Source: Isurus oxyrinchus
Lineage: Eukaryota
NCBI GenBank assembly: GCA_026770705.1
Contig: JANJGN010000015.1
Coordinates: 81,468,001-81,532,000, forward strand
DNA length: 64,000 nucleotides
Direction: 5' to 3'
Position numbers and translations under genes: made by a program. Below are positions 50,144 to 63,249 of the stretch, in pieces. The notes under the pieces were generated by a model that was not told where the DNA came from, searched no databases, and was given only the letters and a program-made list of their open reading frames with translations. Numbering within the stretch: the first letter of the stretch is position 1; each line of letters begins with the position of its first letter.

Positions 50144-53100
50144 TGTTAATGTTGAATTTGTGCTGCAATAAAATGCAGCTGTCCCCAGTTGGGGAAGGAT
50201 TAGGGAATCATTGTAAGAGTATATAAACCAGTTCATCTCTGACTTTGTTTTGCTATCTTGGAAATAAACCTGTTTTAAGGTACAGGCTAATTTAGGTTCA
50301 TTCTTCCTCAACATACAATCATTGCAATTAACATGGTAGAAGAGGATGAACTTCAAGCCTTGGTTGATCAGTTGCTGAATAAGAAGTTTTTGCCTCTATC
50401 CCCTGAGGGAAAAAAAGAAACATACTGCTGCTGACAAACTCAGTGATGAAATGGCAGAAGGACATTGCAAAATCTGAGACTTTGACTACCCACCCATCTT
50501 TTTTCGGAGGTCAAACCACATCAGCAATGGATAAACGAAGTTACCCCGAAAGAAGCAAGGTATTGTTTTGGCTTTGTCAATACTAGCAAAAAGTAAGATT
50601 AGGAGTAAAGTCTTAAGAGTTGGACATAATGACTTGGGCACTGAGGAGGGATTAGCCCTTCCATTACAGTTTTTAGATAGGTTTTACAAAAAGAATGATT
50701 TGTTGGAAGCATATGTAGCATGGTCAATCTTTGATAGATTTAAGAAAACAGATCAGAATTACCTGGAAAAACTCAGCAGGTCTGGCAGCATCGGCGGTTC
50801 TGTCGAAGGGTCATGAGGACTCGAAACGTCAACTCTTTTCTTTTCCGCCGATGCTGCCAGACCTGCTGAGTTTTTCCAGGTAATTCTGTTTTTGTTTTGG
50901 ATTTCCAGCATCCGCAGTTCTTTTGTTTTATTTAAGAAAACAGATGATCAGTTCATGGAGGAATATATTAAGGACTTTGATAGGTGGTATAAGAGACTGA
51001 AAAAGTTTAACCTAATCTCAGAGTCTGTATTTGCATTTAAGTTACTCGATTGTGCACACATTTCTCATATCGACAAACTTTTGGCATTGGCAGGAGTTCA
51101 AGTCCATGGGAAAGACCCTCTCCTCGACCAAATGGCTGCTGCAATAAAAAGATTTTTGGGAAAACAGTCATTTCCAGTGACTTTCCTATCAAATACAAGC
51201 AACTCTGCAGTAAAGCAAAGGATGGAGGATTTCATACTGAATTTCGAGATCGACAAGATATTAAATGCAGATTCTAGTACAAATATGATGTTGCTGATAG
51301 ATGGTTGTACTTCTACCCAATTTGAGAGTTGAGACAAAAAGCAGGTCTGTGACAGTGACCGTAGGTGTTAAAACCTGAAAAATGCATGGGGAGTAGTAAA
51401 TTGGTGTTATTGGTGTGAGTCCAAGTATCATTACATAATGAATTGTCCGCAGTGAAAGAATTGTGTTTTTGAAGTAATGCATGAGACAGATAATTCCGAG
51501 GCTGACTGCCATGAAGAAATTGTGTGTTTGAATCTGGTGATAAGCATTTTGATGGCTGATTCATTCAACTGTGCACTTTTAGCTAGCAGTTGCACTCCCA
51601 CAGTGTGTGAGGTGGATTGGCTTAACTGCTACCTGGAGTCTCTTGATGAGGCAGACTGGCAGAAGGTTAAGGAATATGAAAGTTCTGCCTGTTTCAAGTT
51701 TAAGGTAATAACATGCCAACATAACGTGTCTTCCAAAAGCATAATCTCCCTGCAAGCTGGGATCAGTCTCTTCATCAGTAGTGATGTAGTCTCTAGTGAG
51801 ATACCTCTATTGTTAAGCTGATCTTGAAGAAAGCACAGATGAAGCTAGACATGGAGAGTGACAGAGTGATTGTGTTCAGAAAAATCGTGGATTTACATTT
51901 TACTCAGTCAGGCCATCACTGCCTGGCATTAATGAAGCCAGATATTTCTCATCAAAGTTCAAGCAGTCTTGTCAACTTCTAGGAATGAAAGTTTGGTGAA
52001 TAAAAAGAACATTATTAGAAAGTTTCACAGACCATTTGCACATCCAGCACCACAAAAACTGAAAGCTCTATTGTGGGATGCTGGAGTGGCTGATGAAGAA
52101 TACAACATGCTTGCCAAGCAAATCACAACTCTATGTGCCAATTGTGTTAAATATCAAAGGACACCACCACATCTTGTTGTGAGTCTGCCACTAGCCAGGG
52201 AATTTAATTATGTGGTGGTAATGGACGTTAGAGTATGGAACAAGGATCAGGGTTTTTTTTTACTACACTTTGTAGATATAGCAACCAGATTTAGCTTATT
52301 TACGGTAATATGTGGTCAGGACAATCGGACCATTGTTGATAAGGTCATGGAGAAATGGGTGGGTACCAGATTAGGAACACCAACAAAATTCCTGGAGGGA
52401 AACTTGTGAATGAGGAATTTCGAGATGTGTAAAAATATTTGAATATCATAGTTATGCATACTTTGGCTGAGAGCTCATTCAGCGTTGGTTTGTGCGAGAG
52501 GAATCATGCAGTGATAGATGACATATTGCACAAAATAGTGACTGATCAACCAGATTGCAAACGGCATTGACATGAGCAGGGCATGCATGGAATTCTTTAC
52601 AAATGGTTTGGGAGGGTATAGCTCGTACCAGTTGGTGTACAGGAGGAATCCAAAGTTGTCTTCAATGCTATTGGATGCTCCTGCTGCTCCTGAAGAGCTA
52701 ATGATAGCTCCTGTTTTTTTCTGCCCACTTGGATGCCTTGCCTGCAGGCAGAAAATCTTTCACCAAGGCTGAAGTGTCCGAAAGAATTAGGAGAGCATTG
52801 CGACACCACATAAGACCATCTGAGGTAAAATTTAGCTAAGGTGATCTGGTTTATTATAAGAGTCTGGGGCAAAAGGAATGGAAAGGCTGAGGGAAAGTTA
52901 TAGGACGTGAAGGGAAAACTGTGATTATTCAACATGGAATCAAACAATAAAAGCTCATTCCTCACAGGTCCTCACAGTCCATTCGGAATGAATTAGCAAA
53001 TACTGACAATGTGATAGATGATGAAGCACCATGTGCCTCCCATACTCATTGATCTTGTGGAGCTGAGCCAGAGGGACAAAATATAATGGATCAGGAGTTG

Positions 53101-55344
53101 GATATCAGTAGAAAATTGGATTGTGGTAAACAGGAACAGGCTAATTTGTCCAAAGGTCAGCTGCCCTAAGTGGGTAACATATCGTCCAGAAGGATCGGAT
53201 AATTGGAGGGATGCAACAAAAGTGGGACGGGCAGGAAAATTTACTGGAAAATAAGAATTGGATGAATACCAGGAAGAGGAAAAACAGTGAAGGCCAAGGA
53301 CAAGGAAAACGGAGTATGAGAATGGAAAGTAAGGAAGCGGAGCTCAAGTTACAGTAATGGGTTGGGTGATGAATCCAGGGTGAGGAAACATTCACAAATA
53401 GTGGATAAGGCCTCTGACTGGGTAAGGACAGGAATCTAATAATAGGAACCTGAAAAAACTTAAACAGGCAAGTAAGGGGTCACAGCCTGACTTGACGACA
53501 AAATAGAATGGAGAATGGCGAGTCATTACGACAAAGTAGCAGAAGCAGGAGACCCCATGACCGAGAGGTTTTTGTAACGGCTTACAAGTTGGGGATAAAG
53601 GTATATGGTAGGCTAAACAGAGGGAGTTGGACAGTTGAAGGCAGTTTCATGTATATTCAGAAGTCCCAAATAGGGATCAGGCAGTTTTATCACATAGTTG
53701 GGTCTGCATGGAAAAGGTCTTACCGGAAGGCTAGATTAGTGTCCCAGGGATTTGAAGAATGCATAATAGATGAAGTCAGAATGGATTTGCCCAAAGCAGG
53801 GAAGGTAATTTTTTATTTTTTCTGGCCCTTTTAGCAGTGTTTTCATGGGAGTGTATGTCAATAGATATAAAAGCTGCATTTCTGAGAGGGTTCACCTCTT
53901 GAGGGAAGTTTTTCTCAAATCTCCTAAGGAGGCATTTGAAGTGGAGGGAAAATTCTGGCAATTGAAAAAGTGCATATACGGTTTAAATGATGCTTCTAGT
54001 GTGCGGTACTTTTCAGTTCGATCAGTGTTGTTAAAGTTGGGTTCTCTCTAACTCAAGGTAGGTTCTGCCATGTTTTACTGGTACCATGGCGTGAAACTGG
54101 CAGGCATCTTCTTAATGCATCTTGAGACTTCCTATGGAGTGGAACTAGTGAGCTTCAAAACAAAGTTATTGACAAGATTAGGACAGACCTTAAGGTTGAG
54201 AGTCAGGCTAATAGGGTCTTTAAATATATTGGATTAGAAATAAAACAGTATAGGTCTGAGGTTACTTAGCATCAGCAATCGTATTTAGAAAGTGTTAGCC
54301 CTATTGCAGTCAGTCAGGCTAAGTCTTTGCAAAAAGATCCAAAGATGAGACAGAACAGCTGTGAAGTCTGATTGGGCAATGAAACTGGCTGGGTGCTCGA
54401 GATGAGGCCAGATGTGAGTTTTGATGTTCTTGAACTGAGTATCATAACGAAACATCCCAAGATCTAGGATATCTTATAGGTGAACAAAACTTAAAAAAGT
54501 TAAAGATGGAGAAATGTGTACTGAAGTATCCATCATTGGGTGATCCTAGAATATAAAATTGATTGTGTTCAGTGACACCTCTCACACAAACCTTGATTGG
54601 TTTTCAACTGCAGTGGGTTTTATAATATTTCTTGCGGGTGAAACTGAAGTGTTGGCTCTTGGTTTCGGAAGCAAAGAAAATAAGGTGACGAGTAAAAAGC
54701 ACCCTGGCTGCAGCGACTCTTGCACTAGTAGAGGCAGTTGACATAGCACTCTTTTTATTTAAAACTTTAGGGGAAATACTAAAAGGGGGAAATGATGAAG
54801 GAAATGTCCCAGTAGAGTGTTATATTGACAATCGATCCCTTAGAGATAATGTACACTCCATAAAGAGTGTAAGTGAAAAAAGATTACGAATTGACATAGC
54901 AAGTTTAAAACAAATGGAGAAAAAGGAAATCTCTAAGCTCGAGTGGGTTGATACAAGTCATCAGTTATTAGATTGTTTAGAAAAGGACGACTTAAGATGT
55001 GAGCTTTTTTTTGGAACTGGGTGACTTATTTTTCTATCTTCAGTTTTTTTATTTCTCTTAAAAGGAAATGCACTTGTGTTCTTTTTTAAAAAGGAAATTT
55101 GTTAATGTTGAATTTGTGTTGCGATGAAATGCATGCTTTACATTGGTAATTAACCATAGCCATCCCCAATTGGGGAAGGATTAGGGAATCCTTGTAAGAA
55201 TATATTAACCAGCTCACTCCGAGCGTCTGGGAGGAACTGGGAGAATCCGTGACTTTGTTTTGCTATCTTGGAAATAAACCTATTTTAAGGTACAGTCTAA
55301 CTTCAGGCTCATTCTTCCTCAACACAGAATTATTGGAATTAACA
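50144..55344 (+). mobile_element. Full-length GalEa-type Ty1/Copia retrotransposon, decayed
   Basis: LTRs TGTTAAT..ATTAACA (50144-50333, 55100-55344); PBS tggtagaagaggatg; PPT 55088-55097; TSD cctac/cgtac; gag CX2CX4HX4C, IN HRPFAHP, RT KARLVSQGFEE and YGLNDA, RH RLRIDIA. Confidence 0.93.
50754..50929. mobile_element. Penelope-like fold-back insertion in Copia gag
   Basis: 16-bp TSD atttaagaaaacagat (50738-50753, 50930-50945); gag frame resumes at FKKTD. Confidence 0.92.
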
Positions 55345-55494
55345 CGTACCTCTCCACAACGTCTTCAACAAATGTTTTTTACCCAATGTTGGAGATTGGC
55401 TTTGTGTTCCTGGCTGATAATGTCTCTGCCATTTTGGTTGGAAGAGGTGCTATTTTTGAGGGTCTAGTATTTAGGAAGTCATTGTCTCTGTAGA

Positions 55495-55708
55495 CAAAAA
55501 CAGAATTACCTGGAAAAACTCAGCAGGTCTGGCAGCATCGGCGGAGAAGAAAAGAGTTGACGTTTCGAGTCCTCATGACCCTTGAATGGACATGAGGACT
55601 CGAAATGTCAACTCTTTTCTTCTCCGCCGATGCTGCCAGACCTGCTGAGTTTTTCCAGGTAATTCTGTTTTTGTTTTGGATTTCCAGCATCCGCAGTTTT
55701 TTGTTTTT
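55495..55708. mobile_element. Penelope-like fold-back insertion
   Basis: About 85-bp inverted arms; 14-bp TSD attgtctctgtaga (55481-55494, 55709-55722). Confidence 0.92.
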
Positions 55709-56059
55709 ATTGTCTCTGTAGAGTCTGACTCTGCTGGCAGGCCTGGTTTATCAAAAACAAATGGTTTTCATGTAGCTCCCTTTGAATTTGGGCTTTGCAG
55801 TCCCCAGGTGGTCTGTTAGTATATCCTTAGAAATAATGAGGTGTAACATTTCCGAAACTGTAAAGTGGCTTCTTTTGTTCTGGTGACTTGCAGAGAATAA
55901 CTTATATACAAAGGATCAACCATCTTAATGGTCTTTGTCACCTGTAAGGTCCAGTTTAAATTTAAGAAATAGCAATGAGGATATATTTTTAGAAGAAAAT
56001 ACAATGTTAGGTTCTGTTCTATCACAGATGGCTCTGGCAACATTACCACAAAGATCTAT

Positions 56060-56992
56060 TCTATCACCTGTTCTTTGTGGGAACGTTTGTGCAGAAAAAC
56101 ACCTTTCACGACAAGTCCATCAGACAGTGGATCTGTTTGTAATGTTCTCGAGGCCCTATGGGAAAAGGAGATGGCGAATCCTGTCAGATAGTTCCCTGAG
56201 CAGATTGTCAAAATCATTTGGCAGAATGCCTCATTGCCAGAACTTGCTAACAAGCACCAAGATGTAGTTTGGCAGGTGGTGAGAAATACCCTCTTGTTCA
56301 GATCCTTCCTGCACCCCGGACTCTCAGTATGCTGTCTTCGAGGCAGCTGTGGTAGAGATGAGACCATCGCTCACCACCTTCTGCTAAGTAGATCTAGAAG
56401 AAAAGGATTGCAATAGTTTTTGTTGGAGTCATCCTGAGCACCCCTGTGCTCCAGAGGCTGTTCTCAGGCATTCACACCGAGATAAACATTTGCTGCTGCT
56501 GTGAACCCAGTGAAAGATGCTCTTTGGTCTGCCTGAAACTTGCTGAATCTTCCAGTGCAAAGAACCATCGACGGTCGAGTGTTGCAGACCGGCGCATTTG
56601 AAGGTTCAGGACTCTGTACTGAGCGACACATCAAAGCTTGGGGCTGCTGCCACAAAGGCACAAAGCTGAAAGGTCACCACTGTTTAAGGCCCTCTTATTG
56701 TAGTACACTGAGGAGCAGGGAACAGTATAAAATCCCCTGGGCTGTATATTTTGTCATGAAATAAACATTATAAATAACCAGTAGCCAGTGCAGACTCAAT
56801 GGGCCAAATAGTTTTTTCCTGCATTAGAAAGATTCTGTGAGAAGGTGTAATTGTAAGTGCCGTGAGGCACCTTAGGGAATCCACATGCTCTATTGAAAGG
56901 AACTGCTCCCATTTACATTTTGTGTGAAGTTAACTTTGAACTGTCACATGGTATACTTTTATAAATTTTATGAATAAAGTATATTTTTGGAA
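56060..56992 (+). mobile_element. Tx1/L1 ORF2 C-terminus and 3' UTR
   Basis: WQNASLPELANKHQDVVWQVVR..C..C..DETIAHHLL (zf-RVT-like); ends aataaagtatatttttggaa. Confidence 0.75.
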
Positions 56993-56994
56993 CA

Positions 56995-58262
56995 ACGAGG
57001 TGAGGACGAGGTCAAGTAGGTTGTTTTGTCTTATTGGTTCCCTGATGCAGAAGGAGGTAGGTGGCAATCTCAGGTGGAGTTTAAGTGCTGGAGATGAGCA
57101 ACTGGCGACTGACTGGGGTTCTAACGCATCAAGCAGGCTGCGAGGCCCTCCTTGCCTGCCTGGGTATGAGAACAGCCACAGGCCATCCTGTGGAGGCATT
57201 TCCCCCCCACCCCCTCCCAGATTCTGCTGAATCTATTTGTGAATTAAAGATTTGAAAAAGTTGGAGGGTACCTCCATTTTGAACACCCTCTTCTCTTACT
57301 TACCTCTCATTAAAGTCAACTGCTCCTCTCCAAGTTGGATTGCCTCTGATTAGCCCTCCAACTTTGAGAGCCCGCTCACAGTCCTGGGATGGAGAACCTG
57401 TCTCCTGTCTCAACGGGGACACTGTATGAAAATCTCAATGAATGACAGTTTCCCCCGAAGGTAGCTTCAGGGCCCAGAATTAGTCCCAACCTCTCTTTTC
57501 TACCTCCAGAGGAAAAATACAGCTCTTGGTGACAGACATTGAAGTCTCCCACCCAGAGCACATTCTGCGCTCTTGCCACCCTTAGTGCTTCCTTCAAGTG
57601 GTGTTCAACATGGAGAAGTACTGACTCATCCGAAGGTAATGAGCAGGGGGTTTCCTTGCCCATGTTTGACCTGATGCCATGAGACTTTATGGGGTCAGAT
57701 CAATGTTGAGAACTCCCAGGTCCAGTCCTCCAACTGTGCCACCACCTCTTGTGGGTCTGTCCTGCCAGTGGGACAGGAAAAGCTAAGGATGGTGATTGTG
57801 GTGTTTGATTCAGTGAGTGTGACTATGTCAGGCTGTTGTTTGACTAGTCTGCAGGACAGCTCTCCCAGTTTTGGTACAAACCCCGAGACATTGGGAGGAT
57901 TTTGCAGGATTGACTGAGCCTTTATCATTTCCAGTGCCTAGGCTAATGCTAGGTGATCCGTCCAGGTTTATTCTTTTTCAACTTTTTGTAGTGATTTGAT
58001 AAAATGGTGTTGCTTGCCATTTCATTGAGAAGTTAAGAACTAACCATATTTTGTGGATCTAGAGACACATGTGGGCCAAGCTGGGTAAGGACAGCAGATT
58101 TACTTCTCCAAAGGACATTAGGTGGCTTTTTACAACAATCCGGTACTTTCATGGTCACCATTACTGAGACCAGCTTTTTATTCCAGATTCATTTAATTGA
58201 ATTTAAATTGAACCAGATGGTGGGATTTGAACTCATGTCTCCATCTGGGGCCTCTGGAATAC
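56995..58262 (-). mobile_element. 5' part of a LINE: SINE-like head followed by APE endonuclease, interrupted at about 57050-57515
   Basis: KLGELSCRLVKQQPDIVTLTES, VLWVGDFNV, REPIRQNNLLDLVLT; 58015-58262 is homologous to the SINE at 14531-14840. Confidence 0.75.
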
Positions 58263-58496
58263 TGCTTCAGCAGTATTATTCCTTTGATTGCATGGCTGCT
58301 GTAAACTGCCTGGGCTGACAGTACCACTAACAGATGAGTCTCCGCTGCTCCAGGATTAGCACATTTCACTGGCACTGCAAATCCCGGAAGCTCAGGGACT
58401 CAGGGAATTCCGCAGGAGAGAAAATAACAAATGCAAAAAAGCACACACAGAACAGAGAATGAGAACAAGCGACTGAAGAGAAAGCATCAGGAGAAT

Positions 58497-58715
58497 CAGC
58501 CATGGCTCAGTTGGTCGCAATAGACTGAGAATGCTATGGTTCAACTCTCAGTCCAGAGACTTCAGCACAAACTCCAGGCTGACATTCCAGTGCAGCACTG
58601 AATGAGTGCTACACTGTCAGAGGTACTATGTTTTTCAGATCTGCCCCCTCTAGTGGATGTAAAAGATTCCATGGCACTATTCAAAGAGCAGGCACATTCT
58701 CCTCCCTGTCCTGGC
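58497..58715 (+). mobile_element. DeuSINE, 3'-truncated
   Basis: tggctcagttgg head; gtgctacactgtcagaggt...ggatgtaaaagattccatggcactatt core. Confidence 0.75.
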
Positions 58716-59164
58716 AAGACAATGCAAACTCTCAGAAATTTATTGCGAGAGGTGATACTTAAATAAAATTAAGCCTCACTGTTAATGATGTGATAGACCT
58801 CTGAAATCTCAGGATTTTTCTCTGTCACTCACAATGACTAATGTTCGAGGCTACGGATGGTGCCAATTACTAAAGTGGGCAACCCGTGAACTGACCATAG
58901 GAGAAGATTGGAAGGTGTGCACCTAATTATCAAGCATGGACCAATAAGGAAATACAGAGGGTGAGCCAGGGCAGGAGATCATGTGTGTGTGTATATATAT
59001 ATGTTGGGAGGTGGGGGTAGTGGGGCAGCTGGAAGCGTTAGGGAAATGTGACACCCTTTATTTCCACAATGGACACAGTAGAGGAGGTTAAATTCCTGTG
59101 GTCTGAGACCTTGATTGCTGCCGTCAAGGGCTCAGACCAGCTCTTCAATGTAACACAAAAATGT

Positions 59165-62083
59165 ATTATTAAACTGTTTATACTTCAATGCAAGGAGTAT
59201 TACAAACAAGGTAGATGAGTTAAGGGCACAGGTAGACACATGGCAACAGGATGTCATTGCTATAACAGAGACCTGGCTAAAGAAGGGACAAAACTGACAG
59301 CTTAATATCCCTGCTTATAGAGTCTTCAGACACAATAGAGTAGGAGATAAAAAAAGGAGGGGGGCAGGGTAGCATTAATGGTTAAAGGATCAATTCCAAT
59401 TGTGAGAAGGGAAGATATACTAAATGGGTCAACAAACAAGGCTTTATGGATTGAGCTTATAAATAAAAAAGGGGCAGTCACACTACTGGGAGTATACTAC
59501 AGACCCCTAAATAGTGAAAGGGAGATAGAAGAACAAATATGTAGGCAAATTTCTGCTTGTAAGAATAAGAGGGCAATAATAGTAGGAGACTTCAACTATC
59601 GTAATATCAACTGGGATTCAAACAATATAAGGGGCACTGAGGGAGAAAAATTCATGCAGTGTGTCCAGGAAAATTTTTTCAAACAATTAGTGACAAACCC
59701 AATGAGAGGAGATGCAATTCTGGACCTAGTCTTGAGGAATGAAGAAGGACAAGTGGGTGAAGTGACAGTTGGCGACCATATTGGGGACAGTGATCACATT
59801 TCAGTTAGATTTAGCATTGCCAAGGAAAAAGACAGAGATAAGGCGGGAGTAAAAGCCTTGAACTGGGGGAAGGCAAATTTTGTAAAAATGAGAAGGGACT
59901 TGGCTGAGGTGGACTGGACAGCACTGCTGGAGGATAAAACAGTGGAAAATCAGTGGAAAGCACTAAAAAGCGAGATCCTAATTGTACAAAATAGACATGT
60001 CCCCTACAAAAATAAGAGTGGTACTGCCAAATCTAGACCTCCCTGGTTGTCTAGAGGAATACAAGGGAAGATCAAATGGAAAAAGAAAGCGCACGATAGG
60101 CACAAAAAAACTAAGCACTGCAGATAGCCGAGACGAATATGGGAAGTGCAGGGACAAAGTAAAAAAGGAAATAAGGAAATCAAAGAGAGGGCATGAAAAA
60201 AGATTAGCAAGTAAAGTTAAAGATAACCCAAAGATGTTTTACCAGTACATTAATGCTAAAAGGTTAGTTAAGGAAAAAGTGGAACCTTTCAAAGATGAAG
60301 ATGGAAACTTGTGTGTAGATGCGGAGACTGTGGGAAGGGTTTTAAATTAACATTTTGTCTCTGTGTTTACAAAGGAAAGGGAGAATGTAAATATAATAGT
60401 TCAGGAGGAACACTGCGAGATATTGGACAGGATAGTGATAAATAGAGAGGAAGTACTCGAAGGGTTGAAATCCTTGAAAGTTGATAAGTCACCAGGGCCA
60501 GATGGATTGTTTCCCAGGCTGCTGAAGGAAGTCAGGGAGGAGATGGCAGATACTCTGAGGATGATTTTCCAATCTTTACTAGATACAGGGGAGGTACCGG
60601 AGGACTGGAGAAATGCAAACGTAGTTCCATTGTTTAAAAAGGGATCAAAGGAAATGCCAAACAATTATAGGCCAGTTAGTTTTAAATCGGTGGTGAGCAA
60701 ATTAGTAGAATCAATCCTGAGAGACAGGATTAACTGTCATGTGGAAAGGCATGGACTAGTCAGGGATGGTCAGCATGGATTTGGTAAAGGAAGGTTTTGC
60801 CTCACAAATTTGATTGAATTCTTTGAGGAAGTGACAAGAAGGGTTGATGAAGTTAGTGCAGTGGATGTTGTGTACATGGATTTTAGCAAGGCATTTGACA
60901 AGGTCCCACATGGCAGATTGGTCAGGAAAGTGAAAGCCCATGGGATTCAGGGTAATGTGGCAAACTGGATAAAAGGTTGGCTTTGTAACAGGGAACAAAG
61001 GGTAATGGTCGATGGATGCCCTTCCGAATGGAAAGTTGTCTCAAGTGGTGTTCCACAGGGCTCAGTGTTGGGGCCCTTGCTATATGTGTTATATATTAAT
61101 GATTCGGATGTGAACGTGGGGGGGCATGATTGGGAAATTTGCAGATGACACAAAGATTGGCCGAGTAGTGGATAGTGTAGAGGATAGCCATAATCTCCAA
61201 AATTATATAGATGGGTTGGTGGAGTGAGCGGTAAAGTGGCAGATGTATTTTAACATAGAGAAGTGTGAGATCATACATTTAGGGAGGTCAAAAAGTTACA
61301 GGGATTACAGAATAAATGGGAATATACTAAGAGGGGTAGATGAAGTGAGAGATCTTGGCGTACAAGTACACAGGTCCCTGAAGGCAGCAGTTCAAGTAGT
61401 CAAGGTTGTAAAGAAGGCATATGGAATGCTCTCCTTCACTGGCAGAGGTATAGAATATAAGAGTAAGGTTATAATGTTGGAATTGTATAAAACACTGGTG
61501 AGGCCACAACTGGAGTATTGTGTGCAGTTCTGGTCACCACATTACAGGAAGGACGTAATAGTTCTGGAGAGAGTGCAGAGGAGGTTTACAAGAATGTTGC
61601 CAGGGTTAGAAAAGTGTAGCTACGAGGAGAGATTGGATAAGTTGGGGTTATTTTCCTTAGAACAAAGAAGGCTGAGAGGTGACTTGATTGAGGTGTACAA
61701 AATTATGAGGGGAATAGATAAGAGTGGACAGGATAAAATTGTTTCCCTTGAAGATTTCTATAACCAGGGGACGTAGGTTCAAGATAAGTGGCGTAGATAA
61801 TGTGGTGTTCTAGATAATGTGATGTAGGGGGGACATGAGGAAGAACTTTTTTACACAGAGGGTAGTGGGTATCTGGAATTCGCTGCCCAAGTTGATAGTA
61901 GAGGCAGAAACTCTAAACTCTTTTAAAAATTACCTGGATCTGCACCCTAAGTGCTGAAGCTGCAGGGCTATGGGCCAGGTGCAGGAAGGTAGGATTAGAA
62001 AGGGCACCTGGGTGTCCTCGGTCTGGCATAGACAAGATGGGCCGAATGGCCTCCTTCTGTGCTGTAACTTTTCTATGGTTCTA
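59165..62083 (+). mobile_element. Nearly complete CR1 ORF2 (APE and RT) with 3' UTR, frameshifted
   Basis: IAITETWL, VYYRP, GDFN, SDH, KSPGPDG, DFSKAFDKV, GVPQGSVLGP, FADD, ttctatggttcta tail. Confidence 0.95.
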
Positions 62084-62199
62084 ATAATATCCTGCTCAAA
62101 ATATACAGCATATCATCACATCAGAACTTTCTAGAAATGGGCCTGGAGTAAAATTCTACCATCGGCCACGCCATTCTTTGATTTCTCTGGAGCAGCATT

Positions 62200-62905
62200 A
62201 CGACAAACATGAATGTGATGTTGGAGGTTGTTGATAACTTCATGTACCTAGGCTCCAGAATACCAGTAATCTGTCATTTGATGCTGAAATTACATGCATC
62301 ACAAAAACTGCAGTTGTTATATCCAAACCTGTGTACTCAGCACACTCCTCTACAGTGGTGAGACCTGGATGAATTATGCGAGGCAGGAGAAAAAACTGAA
62401 CAGTTTTCACCTTCGCTGCCTCTGATGTTTCCTTGGCATCTCTTGGCAGGACAAGATAAGAAGTCTTGGATTGTGCTAATCCATCAGCATATATCCATTG
62501 CTAAACCAATAAAGTCTGCGTCGGCTTGGCCACGTTCATTGGATGGATGATGGCTTTTTATCTTCTGTACGGTGAACTGGCCACTGGGTCACAACCTTCT
62601 GCACACCCATTCTTCCGCCACAAGGCCACCTGCAAGATCATATGGGACATTGACACGGACAACTGGAAGACAGTAAGTCACAGCCGTGACCTCTGGAAGC
62701 TGACTGTTTGGCCTTGGAAAAAGCGAGCCGAAATGAGCAGAGGACGCAGAGAAAAGAGGCCAGCATATCGTGCATCTTCTCATCCCACTCTCTTCCTCGG
62801 CAGAGACTGCCATACCAGAGTGGGGCTCCTGAGCCATGCCAGACGGTGTTTAACACAGTCATCCACATGCCGCAAACCATCGTCTCAGAGATGGACGGTT
62901 GCCAA
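62200..62905 (+). mobile_element. RTE-clade LINE 3' fragment
   Basis: FMYLGS, LLYSGETW, LGHVHWMDDG, LLYGELATG, CHTRVGLLSH. Confidence 0.85.
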
Positions 62906-63249
62906 ACATACCCAGGTAACAGGTAGCATATTTGAAAATCATTTTATAAAGCAGTTTCAGATGCTGTAAAATGTTTTTAAGAGATCAAATAAGCCACTTA
63001 TCAGGTTTACAAATCAACATTCAATGGTTTGCCCAGGAGGGAAAAAATAGTTTAAAAACTGGGAAAGAAGAATACTGGTCTGAACTGTTTTTCCCTCCTG
63101 GGTAAGTTTGTAAAAATATTTTTACACCGAATCTGTTGATATTTGAGTTTGCCGCTTGATTTGTGAGGCGGTGGATTGGCATGTGTGAACATATTATCTG
63201 CTCTTTATCACATTTCTCTATTCCTCCATCCTCCCCTGTCAGGGACTCT

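Noticed and set aside
59378-61776. Active CR1 ORF2
   Set aside because: Broken into at least four ORFs by frameshifts and stops, with no ORF1 upstream
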